From Auanema rhodensis (Eukaryota; Animalia; Nematoda): a stretch of DNA of 64,000 nucleotides. Under the pieces are notes generated by a model, which saw nothing but the letters and a program-made list of their open reading frames with translations, was not told the origin of the DNA and made no database searches. Both the position numbers and the translations under genes were made by a program. Location: assembly GCA_964057225.1 (NCBI GenBank), contig OZ059900.1, forward strand, positions 17,050,001-17,114,000. The letters are read 5' to 3'. This document shows, one piece after another, positions 1 to 11,284 of this stretch; position 1 is the stretch's first letter, and each line of letters opens with the position of its first letter.

Positions 1-35
1 ATTTTTGTTCATATGAGTCGTCAAATGCAACGAAT

Positions 36-78
36 TTCAGCGTGTTACATACTAAAATGAAGCATTTTACATGCTGAA
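36..78. other. Imperfect inverted repeat present in each monomer (TTCAGCGTG-ttacatac-TAAAATG-aag-CATTTTA-CATGCTGAA)
   Basis: The reverse complement of 63-78 is TTCAGCATGTAAAATG. It matches 36-44 (8/9, one G.T) plus 53-59 (7/7), with an 8-nt bulge on the left arm. Confidence 0.85.
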
Positions 79-102
79 CACTAGAAAAATACAAAAACAC
101 AG

Positions 103-120
103 TATTTCCCATGAGAAATA
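103..120. other. 18-bp near-perfect palindrome present in most monomers (TATTTCCCATGAGAAATA)
   Basis: Self-complementary at 8 of 9 pairs. Only C109/A114 mismatches. Confidence 0.9.
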
Positions 121-292
121 TTTTATTATGCTGGAAAACCAGTTTTTGGAAATTTCGCTGTAAACAAGGTTTTGACTTACGATTTCATGTGTTCAAACTC
201 ATGCAATGTCAATGAAACCTAGCTCAAAATTGTTCGTACAACGTCTAGTTCCACTTTCACGACAAAAAAACAGGGGTTAGAAAATTAAGGAA

Positions 293-329
293 ATTAGCAT
301 ATTCTGAGGGCACGCCCCTTATGGCTAAT
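293..329. other. Imperfect hairpin present in each monomer (ATTAGCATA-ttctga-GGG-cacg-CCC-ct-TATGgCTAAT)
   Basis: ATTAGCATA (293-301) pairs with TATG(G)CTAAT (320-329) with one bulged G. An inner GGG/CCC stem closes a CACG loop. Confidence 0.75.
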
Positions 330-342
330 ATTGATTAAATCG

Positions 343-3300
343 ATTTTTGTTCATATGAGTCGTCAAATGCAACGAATTTCAGCGTGTTACATACTAAAAT
401 GAAGCATTTTACATGCTGAACACTAGAAAAATAAAAAAACACAGTATTTCCCATGAGAAATATTTTATTATGCTGGAAAACCAGTTTTTGGAAATTTCGC
501 TGTAAACAAGATTTTGACTTACGATTTCATGTGTTCAAACTCATGCAATGTCAATGAAACCTAGCTCAAAATTGTTCGTACAACGTCTAGTTCCACTTTC
601 ACGACAAAAAAACAGGGGTTAGAAAATTAAGGAAATTAGCATATTCTGAGGGCACGCCCCTTATGGCTAATATTGATTAAATCGATTTTTGTTCATATGA
701 GTCGTCAAATGCAACGAATTTCAGCGTGTTACATACTAAAATGAAGCATTTTACATGCTGAACACTAGAAAAATACAAAAACACAGTATTTCCCATGAGA
801 AATATTTTATTATGCTGGAAAACCAGTTTTTGAAAATTTCGCTGTAAACAAGGTTTTGACTTACGATTTCATGTGTTCAAACTCATGCAATGTCAATGAA
901 ACCTAGCTCAAAATTGTTCCTACAACGTCTAGTTCCACTTTCACGACAAAAAAACAGGGGTTAGAAAATTAAGGAAATTAGCATATTCTGAGGGCACGCC
1001 CTTTATGGCTAATATTGATTAAATCGATTTTTGTTCATATGAGTCGTCAAATGCAACGAATTTCAGCGTGTTACATACTAAAATGAAGCATTTTACATGC
1101 TGAACACTAGAAAAATACAAAAACACAGTATTTCCCATGAGAAATATTTTATTATGCTGGAAAACCAGTTTTTGGAAATTTCGCTGTAAACAAGGTTTTG
1201 ACTTACGATTTCATGTGTTCAAACTCATGCAATGTCAATGAAACCTAGCTCAAAATTGTTCGTACAACGTCTAGTTCCACTTTCACGACAAAAAAACAGG
1301 GGTTAGAAAATTAAGGAAATTAGCATATTCTGAGGGCACGCCCCTTATGGCTAATATTGATTAAATCGATTTTTGTTCATATGAGTCGTCAAATGCAACG
1401 AATTTCAGCGTGTTACGTACTAAAATGAAGCATTTCACATGCTGAACACTAGAAAAATACAAAAACACAGTATTTCCCATGAGAAATATTTTATTATGCT
1501 GGAAAACCAGTTTTTGGAAATTTCGCTGTAAACAAGGTTTTGACTTACGATTTCATGTGTTCAAACTCATGCAATGTCAATGAAACCTAGCTCAAAATTG
1601 TTCCTACAACGTCTAGTTCCACTTTCACGACAAAAAAACAGGGGTTAGAAAATTAAGGAAATTAGCATATTCTGAGGGCACGCCCTTTATGGCTAATATT
1701 GATTAAATCGATTTTTGTTCATATGAGTCGTCAAATGCAACGAATTTCAGCGTGTTACATACTAAAATGAAGCATTTCACATGCTGAACACTAGAAAAAT
1801 ACAAAAACACAGTATTTCCCATGAGAAATATTTTATTATGCTGGAAAACCAGTTTTTGGAAATTTCGCTGTAAACAAGGTTTTGACTTACGATTTCATGT
1901 GTTCAAACTCATGCAATGTCAATGAAACCTAGCTCAAAATTGTTCGTACAACGTCTAGTTCCACTTTCACGACAAAAAAACAGGGGTTAGAAAATTAAGG
2001 AAATTAGCATATTCTGAGGGCACGCCCCTTATGGCTAATATTGATTAAATCGATTTTTGTTCATATGAGTCGTCAAATGCAACGAATTTCAGCGTGTTAC
2101 ATACTAAAATTAAGCATTTTACATGCTGAACACTAGAAAAATACAAAAACACAGTAATACCCATGAGAAATATTTTATTATGCTGGAAAACCAGTTTTTG
2201 GAAATTTCGCTGTAAACAAGGTTTTGACTTACGATTTCATGTGTTCAAACTCATGCAATGTCAATGAAACCTAGCTCAAAATTGTTCGTACAACGTCTAG
2301 TTCCACTTTCACGACAAAAAAACAGGGGTTAGAAAATTAAGGAAATTAGCATATTCTGAGGGCACGCCCCTTATGGCTAATATTGATTAAATCGATTTTT
2401 GTTCATATGAGTCGTCAAATGCAACGAATTTCAGCGTGTTACATACTAAAATGAAGCATTTTACATGCTGAACACTAGAAAAATACAAAAACACAGTATT
2501 TCCCATGAGAAATATTTTATTATGCTGGAAAACCAGTTTTTGGAAATTTCGCTGTAAACAAGGTTTTGACTTACGATTTCATGTGTTCAAACTCATGCAA
2601 TGTCAATGAAACCTAGCTCAAAATTGTTCGTACAACGTCTAGTTCCACTTTCACGACAAAAAAACAGGGGTTAGAAAATTAAGGAAATTAGCATATTCTG
2701 AGAGCACGCCCTTTATGGCTAATATTGATTAAATCGATTTTTGTTCATATGAGTCGTCAAATGCAACGAATTTCAGCGTGTTACATACTAAAATGAAGCA
2801 TTTTACATGCTGAACGCTAGAAAAATACAAAAACACAGTATTACCCATGAGAAATATTTTATTATGCTGGAAAACCAGTTTTTGGAAATTTCGCTGTAAA
2901 CAAGGTTTTGACTTACGATTTCATGTGTTCAAACTCATGCAATGTCAATGAAACCTAGCTCAAAATTGTTCCTACAACGTCTAGTTCCACTTTCACGACA
3001 AAAAAACAGGGGTTAGAAAATTAAGGAAATTAGCATATTCTGAGGGCACGCCCCTTATGGCTAATATTGATTAAATCGATTTTTGTTCATATGAGTCGTC
3101 AAATGCAACGAATTTCAGCGTGTTACATACTAAAATGAAGCATTTTGTATGCTGAACACTAGAAAAATACAAAAACATAGTGTTTCCCATGAGAAATATT
3201 TTATTATGCTGGAAAACCAGTTTTTGGAAATTTCGCTGTAAACAAGGTTTTGACTTACGATTTCATGTGTTCAAACTCATGCAATGTCAATGAAACCTAG

Positions 3301-6300
3301 CTCAAAATTGTTCCTACAACGTCTAGTTCCACTTTCACGACAAAAAAACAGGGGTTAGAAAATTAAGGAAATTAGCATATTCTGAGGGCACGCCCTTTAT
3401 GGCTAATATTGATTAAATCGATTTTTGTTCATATGAGTCGTCAAATGCAACGAATTTCAGCGTGTTACATACTAAAATGAAGCATTTCACATGCTGAACA
3501 CTAGAAAAATACAAAACACAGTATTTCCCATGAGAAATATTTTATTATGCTGGAAAACCAGTTTTTGGAAATTTCGCTGTAAACAAGGTTTTGACTTACG
3601 ATTTCATGTGTTCAAACTCATGCAATGTCAATGAAACCTAGCTCAAAATTGTTCGTACAACGTCTAGTTCCACTTTCACGACAAAAAAACAGGGGTTAGA
3701 AAATTAAGGAAATTAGCATATTCTGAGGGCACGCCCCTTATGGCTAATATTGATTAAATCGATTTTTGTTCATATGAGTCGTCAAATGCAACGAATTTCA
3801 GCGTGTTACATACTAAAATTAAGCATTTTACATGCTGAACACTAGAAAAATACAAAAACACAGTATTTCCCATGAGAAATATTTTATTATGCTGGAAAAC
3901 CAGTTTTTGGAAATTTCGCTGTAAACAAGGTTTTGACTTACGATTTCATGTGTTCAAACTCATGCAATGTCAATGAAACCTAGCTCAAAATTGTTCGTAC
4001 AACGTCTAGTTCCACTTTCACGACAAAAAAACAGGGGTTAGAAAATTAAGGAAATTAGCATATTCTGAGGGCACGCCCCTTATGGCTAATATTGATTAAA
4101 TCGATTTTTGTTCATATGAGTCGTCAAATGCAACGAATTTCAGCGTGTTACATACTAAAATGAAGCATTTTACATGCTGAACACTAGAAAAATACAAAAA
4201 CACAGTATTTCCCATGAGAAATATTTTATTATGCTGGAAAACCAGTTTTTGGAAATTTCGCTGTAAACAAGGTTTTGACTTACGATTTCATGTGTTCAAA
4301 CTCATGCAATGTCAATGAAACCTAGCTCAAAATTGTTCGTACAACGTCTAGTTCCACTTTCACGACAAAAAAACAGGGGTTAGAAAATTAAGGAAATTAG
4401 CATATTCTGAGAGCACGCCCTTTATGGCTAATATTGATTAAATCGATTTTTGTTCATATGAGTCGTCAAATGCAACGAATTTCAGCGTGTTACATACTAA
4501 AATGAAGCATTTTGTATGCTGAACACTAGAAAAATACAAAAACATAGTGTTTCCCATGAGAAATATTTTATTATGCTGGAAAACCAGTTTTTGGAAATTT
4601 CGCTGTAAACAAGGTTTTGACTTACGATTTCATGTGTTCAAACTCATGCAATGTCAATGAAACCTAGCTCAAAATTGTTCGTACAACGTCTAGTTCCACT
4701 TTCACGACAAAAAAACAGGGGTTAGAAAATTAAGGAAATTAGCATATTCTGAGGGCACGCCCCTTATGGCTAATATTGATTAAATCGATTTTTGTTCATA
4801 TGAGTCGTCAAATGCAACGAATTTCAGCGTGTTACATACTAAAATGAAGCATTTTACATGCTGAACACTAGAAAAATACAAAAACACAGTAATACCCATG
4901 AGAAATATTTTATTATGCTGGAAAACCAGTTTTTGGAAATTTCGCTGTAAACAAGGTTTTGACTTACGATTTCATGTGTTCAAACTCATGCAATGTCAAT
5001 GAAACCTAGCTCAAAATTGTTAATACAATGTCTAGTTCCACTTTCACGACAAAAAAACAGGGGTTAGAAAATTAAGGAAATTAGCATATTCTGAGGGCAC
5101 GCCCCTTATGGCTAATATTGATTAAATCGATTTTTGTTCATATGAGTCGTCAAATGCAACGAATTTCAGCGTGTTACATACTAAAATAAAGCATTTTACA
5201 TGCTGAACACTAGAAAAATACAAAAACACAGTATTTCCCATGAGAAATATTTTATTATGCTGGAAAACCAGTTTTTGGAAATTTCGCTGTAAACAAGGTT
5301 TTGACTTACGATTTCATGTGTTCAAACTCATGCAATGTCAATGAAACCCAGCTCAAAATTGTTCGTACAACGTCTAGTTCCACTTTCACGACAAAAAAAC
5401 AGGGGTTAGAAAATTAAGGAAATTAGCATATTCTGAGGGCACGCCCCTTATGGCTAATATTGATTAAATCGATTTTTGTTCATATGAGTCGTCAAATGCA
5501 ACGAATTTCAGCGTGTTACATACTAAAATGAAGCATTTTACATGCTGAACACTAGAAAAATACAAAAACACAGTATTTCCCATGAGAAATATTTTATTAT
5601 GCTGGAAAACCAGTTTTTGGAAATTTCGCTGTAAACAAGATTTTGACTTACGATTTCATGTGTTCAAACTCATGCAATGTCAATGAAACCTAGCTCAAAA
5701 TTGTTCGTACAACGTCTAGTTCCACTTTCACGACAAAAAAACAGGGGTTAGAAAAGTAAGGAAATTAGCATATTCTGAGGGCACGCCCCTTATGGCTAAT
5801 ATTGATTAAATCGATTTTTGTTCATATGAGTCGTCAAATGCAACGAATTTCAGCGTGTTACATACTAAAATGAAGCATTTTACATGCTGAACACTAGAAA
5901 AATAAAAAAACACAGTATTTCCCATGAGAAATATTTTATTATGCTGGAAAACCAGTTTTTGGAAATTTCGCTGTAAACAAGATTTTGACTTACGATTTCA
6001 TGTGTTCAAACTCATGCAATGTCAATGAAACCTAGCTCAAAATTGTTCGTACAACGTCTAGTTCCACTTTCACGACAAAAAAACAGGGGTTAGAAAATTA
6101 AGGAAATTAGCATATTCTGAGGGCACGCCCCTTATGGCTAATATTGATTAAATCGATTTTTGTTCATATGAGTCGTCAAATGCAACGAATTTCAGCGTGT
6201 TACATACTAAAATGAAGCATTTTACATGCTGAACACTAGAAAAATACAAAAACACAGTATTTCCCATGAGAAATATTTTATTATGCTGGAAAACCAGTTT

Positions 6301-9300
6301 TTGAAAATTTCGCTGTAAACAAGGTTTTGACTTACGATTTCATGTGTTCAAACTCATGCAATGTCAATGAAACCTAGCTCAAAATTGTTCCTACAACGTC
6401 TAGTTCCACTTTCACGACAAAAAAACAGGGGTTAGAAAATTAAGGAAATTAGCATATTCTGAGGGCACGCCCTTTATGGCTAATATTGATTAAATCGATT
6501 TTTGTTCATATGAGTCGTCAAATGCAACGAATTTCAGCGTGTTACATACTAAAATGAAGCATTTTACATGCTGAACACTAGAAAAATACAAAAACACAGT
6601 ATTTCCCATGAGAAATATTTTATTATGCTGGAAAACCAGTTTTTGGAAATTTCGCTGTAAACAAGGTTTTGACTTACGATTTCATGTGTTCAAACTCATG
6701 CAATGTCAATGAAACCTAGCTCAAAATTGTTCGTACAACGTCTAGTTCCACTTTCACGACAAAAAAACAGGGGTTAGAAAATTAAGGAAATTAGCATATT
6801 CTGAGGGCACGCCCCTTATGGCTAATATTGATTAAATCGATTTTTGTTCATATGAGTCGTCAAATGCAACGAATTTCAGCGTGTTACGTACTAAAATGAA
6901 GCATTTCACATGCTGAACACTAGAAAAATACAAAAACACAGTATTTCCCATGAGAAATATTTTATTATGCTGGAAAACCAGTTTTTGGAAATTTCGCTGT
7001 AAACAAGGTTTTGACTTACGATTTCATGTGTTCAAACTCATGCAATGTCAATGAAACCTAGCTCAAAATTGTTCCTACAACGTCTAGTTCCACTTTCACG
7101 ACAAAAAAACAGGGGTTAGAAAATTAAGGAAATTAGCATATTCTGAGGGCACGCCCTTTATGGCTAATATTGATTAAATCGATTTTTGTTCATATGAGTC
7201 GTCAAATGCAACGAATTTCAGCGTGTTACATACTAAAATGAAGCATTTCACATGCTGAACACTAGAAAAATACAAAAACACAGTATTTCCCATGAGAAAT
7301 ATTTTATTATGCTGGAAAACCAGTTTTTGGAAATTTCGCTGTAAACAAGGTTTTGACTTACGATTTCATGTGTTCAAACTCATGCAATGTCAATGAAACC
7401 TAGCTCAAAATTGTTCGTACAACGTCTAGTTCCACTTTCACGACAAAAAAACAGGGGTTAGAAAATTAAGGAAATTAGCATATTCTGAGGGCACGCCCCT
7501 TATGGCTAATATTGATTAAATCGATTTTTGTTCATATGAGTCGTCAAATGCAACGAATTTCAGCGTGTTACATACTAAAATTAAGCATTTTACATGCTGA
7601 ACACTAGAAAAATACAAAAACACAGTAATACCCATGAGAAATATTTTATTATGCTGGAAAACCAGTTTTTGGAAATTTCGCAGTAAACAAGGTTTTGACT
7701 TACGATTTCATGTGTTCAAACTCATGCAATGTCAATGAAACCTAGCTCAAAATTGTTCGTACAACGTCTAGTTCCACTTTCACGACAAAAAAACAGGGGT
7801 TAGAAAATTAAGGAAATTAGCATATTCTGAGGGCACGCCCCTTATGGCTAATATTGATTAAATCGATTTTTGTTCATATGAGTCGTCAAATGCAACGAAT
7901 TTCAGCGTGTTACATACTAAAATGAAGCATTTTACATGCTGAACACTAGAAAAATACAAAAACACAGTATTTCCCATGAGAAATATTTTATTATGCTGGA
8001 AAACCAGTTTTTGGAAATTTCGCTGTAAACAAGGTTTTGACTTACGATTTCATGTGTTCAAACTCATGCAATGTCAATGAAACCTAGCTCAAAATTGTTC
8101 GTACAACGTCTAGTTCCACTTTCACGACAAAAAAACAGGGGTTAGAAAATTAAGGAAATTAGCATATTCTGAGAGCACGCCCTTTATGGCTAATATTGAT
8201 TAAATCGATTTTTGTTCATATGAGTCGTCAAATGCAACGAATTTCAGCGTGTTACATACTAAAATGAAGCATTTTACATGCTGAACGCTAGAAAAATACA
8301 AAAACACAGTATTACCCATGAGAAATATTTTATTATGCTGGAAAACCAGTTTTTGGAAATTTCGCTGTAAACAAGGTTTTGACTTACGATTTCATGTGTT
8401 CAAACTCATGCAATGTCAATGAAACCTAGCTCAAAATTGTTCCTACAACGTCTAGTTCCACTTTCACGACAAAAAAACAGGGGTTAGAAAATTAAGGAAA
8501 TTAGCATATTCTGAGGGCACGCCCCTTATGGCTAATATTGATTAAATCGATTTTTGTTCATATGAGTCGTCAAATGCAACGAATTTCAGCGTGTTACATA
8601 CTAAAATGAAGCATTTTGTATGCTGAACACTAGAAAAATACAAAAACATAGTGTTTCCCATGAGAAATATTTTATTATGCTGGAAAACCAGTTTTTGGAA
8701 ATTTCGCTGTAAACAAGGTTTTGACTTACGATTTCATGTGTTCAAACTCATGCAATGTCAATGAAACCTAGCTCAAAATTGTTCCTACAACGTCTAGTTC
8801 CACTTTCACGACAAAAAAACAGGGGTTAGAAAATTAAGGAAATTAGCATATTCTGAGGGCACGCCCTTTATGGCTAATATTGATTAAATCGATTTTTGTT
8901 CATATGAGTCGTCAAATGCAACGAATTTCAGCGTGTTACATACTAAAATGAAGCATTTCACATGCTGAACACTAGAAAAATACAAAACACAGTATTTCCC
9001 ATGAGAAATATTTTATTATGCTGGAAAACCAGTTTTTGGAAATTTCGCTGTAAACAAGGTTTTGACTTACGATTTCATGTGTTCAAACTCATGCAATGTC
9101 AATGAAACCTAGCTCAAAATTGTTCGTACAACGTCTAGTTCCACTTTCACGACAAAAAAACAGGGGTTAGAAAATTAAGGAAATTAGCATATTCTGAGGG
9201 CACGCCCCTTATGGCTAATATTGATTAAATCGATTTTTGTTCATATGAGTCGTCAAATGCAACGAATTTCAGCGTGTTACATACTAAAATTAAGCATTTT

Positions 9301-9916
9301 ACATGCTGAACACTAGAAAAATACAAAAACACAGTAATACCCATGAGAAATATTTTATTATGCTGGAAAACCAGTTTTTGGAAATTTCGCTGTAAACAAG
9401 GTTTTGACTTACGATTTCATGTGTTCAAACTCATGCAATGTCAATGAAACCTAGCTCAAAATTGTTCGTACAACGTCTAGTTCCACTTTCACGACAAAAA
9501 AACAGGGGTTAGAAAATTAAGGAAATTAGCATATTCTGAGGGCACGCCCCTTATGGCTAATATTGATTAAATCGATTTTTGTTCATATGAGTCGTCAAAT
9601 GCAACGAATTTCAGCGTGTTACATACTAAAATGAAGCATTTTACATGCTGAACACTAGAAAAATACAAAAACACAGTATTTCCCATGAGAAATATTTTAT
9701 TATGCTGGAAAACCAGTTTTTGGAAATTTCGCTGTAAACAAGGTTTTGACTTACGATTTCATGTGTTCAAACTCATGCAATGTCAATGAAACCTAGCTCA
9801 AAATTGTTCGTACAACGTCTAGTTCCACTTTCACGACAAAAAAACAGGGGTTAGAAAATTAAGGAAATTAGCATATTCTGAGAGCACGCCCTTTATGGCT
9901 AATATTGATTAAATCG
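343..9916. repeat. Higher-order duplication with 16-monomer period (5471 bp): M2-M13 repeated as M18-M29
   Basis: Same ordered variants in both copies: M2/M18 C92A+G169A; M3/M19 G149A+G236C+C318T; M5/M21 A49G+T68C; M7/M23 G59T+GTAATAC; M8/M24 G309A; M9/M25 A80G; M10/M26 AC69-70GT+CATAGTG. M11 and M27 share the same 1-bp deletion in the ACAAAAAC tract (about 3513 and 8985). Confidence 0.9.
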
Positions 9917-11284
9917 ATTTTTGTTCATATGAGTCGTCAAATGCAACGAATTTCAGCGTGTTACATACTAAAATGAAGCATTTTACATGCTGAACGTTAG
10001 AAAAATACAAAAACACAGTATTACCCATGAGAAATATTTTATTATGCTGGAAAACCAGTTTTTGGAAATTTCGCTGTAAACAAGGTTTTGACTTACGATT
10101 TCATGTGTTCAAACTCATGCAATGTCAATGAAACCTAGCTCAAAATTGTTCGTACAACGTCTAGTTCCACTTTCACGACAAAAAAACAGGGGTTAGAAAA
10201 TTAAGGAAATTAGCATATTCTGAGGGCACGCCCCTTATGGCTAATATTGATTAAATCGATTTTTGTTCATATGAGTCGTCAAATGCAACGAATTTCAGCG
10301 TGTTACATACTAAAATTAAGCATTTTACATGCTGAACACTAGAAAAATACAAAAACACAGTAATACCCATGAGAAATATTTTATTATGCTGGAAAACCAG
10401 TTTTTGGAAATTTCGCTGTAAACAAGGTTTTGACTTACGATTTCATGTGTTCAAACTCATGCAATGTCAATGAAACCTAGCTCAAAATTGTTCGTACAAC
10501 GTCTAGTTCCACTTTCACGACAAAAAAACAGGGGTTAGAAAATTAAGGAAATTAGCATATTCTGAGGGCACGCCCCTTATGGCTAATATTGATTAAATCG
10601 ATTTTTGTTCATATGAGTCGTCAAATGCAACGAATTTCAGCGTGTTACATACTAAAATGAAGCATTTTACATGCTGAACACTAGAAAAATACAAAAACAC
10701 AGTATTTCCCATGAGAAATATTTTATTATGCTGGAAAACCAGTTTTTGGAAATTTCGCTGTAAACAAGGTTTTGACTTACGATTTCATGTGTTCAAACTC
10801 ATGCAATGTCAATGAAACCTAGCTCAAAATTGTTCGTACAACGTCTAGTTCCACTTTCACGACAAAAAAACAGGGGTTAGAAAATTAAGGAAATTAGCAT
10901 ATTCTGAGAGCACGCCCTTTATGGCTAATATTGATTAAATCGATTTTTGTTCATATGAGTCGTCAAATGCAACGAATTTCAGCGTGTTACATACTAAAAT
11001 GAAGCATTTTACATGCTGAACGTTAGAAAAATACAAAAACACAGTATTACCCATGAGAAATATTTTATTATGCTGGAAAACCAGTTTTTGGAAATTTCGC
11101 TGTAAACAAGGTTTTGACTTACGATTTCATGTGTTCAAACTCATGCAATGTCAATGAAACCTAGCTCAAAATTGTTCGTACAACGTCTAGTTCCACTTTC
11201 ACGACAAAAAAACAGGGGTTAGAAAATTAAGGAAATTAGCATATTCTGAGGGCACGCCCCTTATGGCTAATATTGATTAAATCG
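9233..11284. repeat. 3-monomer (1026 bp) tandem duplication, M28-30 = M31-33
   Basis: The order G59T+GTAATAC / G309A+C318T / AACGTTAG+ATTACC occurs twice. The AACGTTAG variant was seen only in M30 and M33. Confidence 0.85.

Larger units (their letters stand above)
1..342 (+). repeat. Consensus-type 342-bp monomer (M1)
   Basis: Carries the majority base at every variable site I recorded. It is about 34% GC with many A/T tracts, and has one NdeI site (CATATG, 10-15) and one ClaI site (ATCGAT, 339-344, across the monomer junction). Confidence 0.97.

Noticed and set aside
232-248. CENP-B box-like motif (GTTCGTACAACGTCTAG)
   Set aside because: It has TTCG and the spaced A but lacks the CGGG part of the NTTCGNNNNANNCGGGN core. 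The CG is also frequently mutated.
273-290. Telomere-like motif GGGGTTAG...TTAAGG
   Set aside because: It is a single degenerate occurrence per monomer with no tandem TTAGGG or TTAGG run, which is expected by chance.
1-342. Identity with primate alpha-satellite dimer (2 x 171 bp) or another named satellite of about 340 bp
   Set aside because: Only the length matches. I recognise no alpha-satellite sequence motifs and cannot assign a named family without a database search.
1-342. Tandem RNA-gene cluster (5S rRNA, tRNA, snRNA or spliced-leader repeat)
   Set aside because: I found no recognisable 5S, tRNA cloverleaf, Pol III A/B box, or SL/snRNA sequence on either strand. An Infernal/Rfam scan would settle this.
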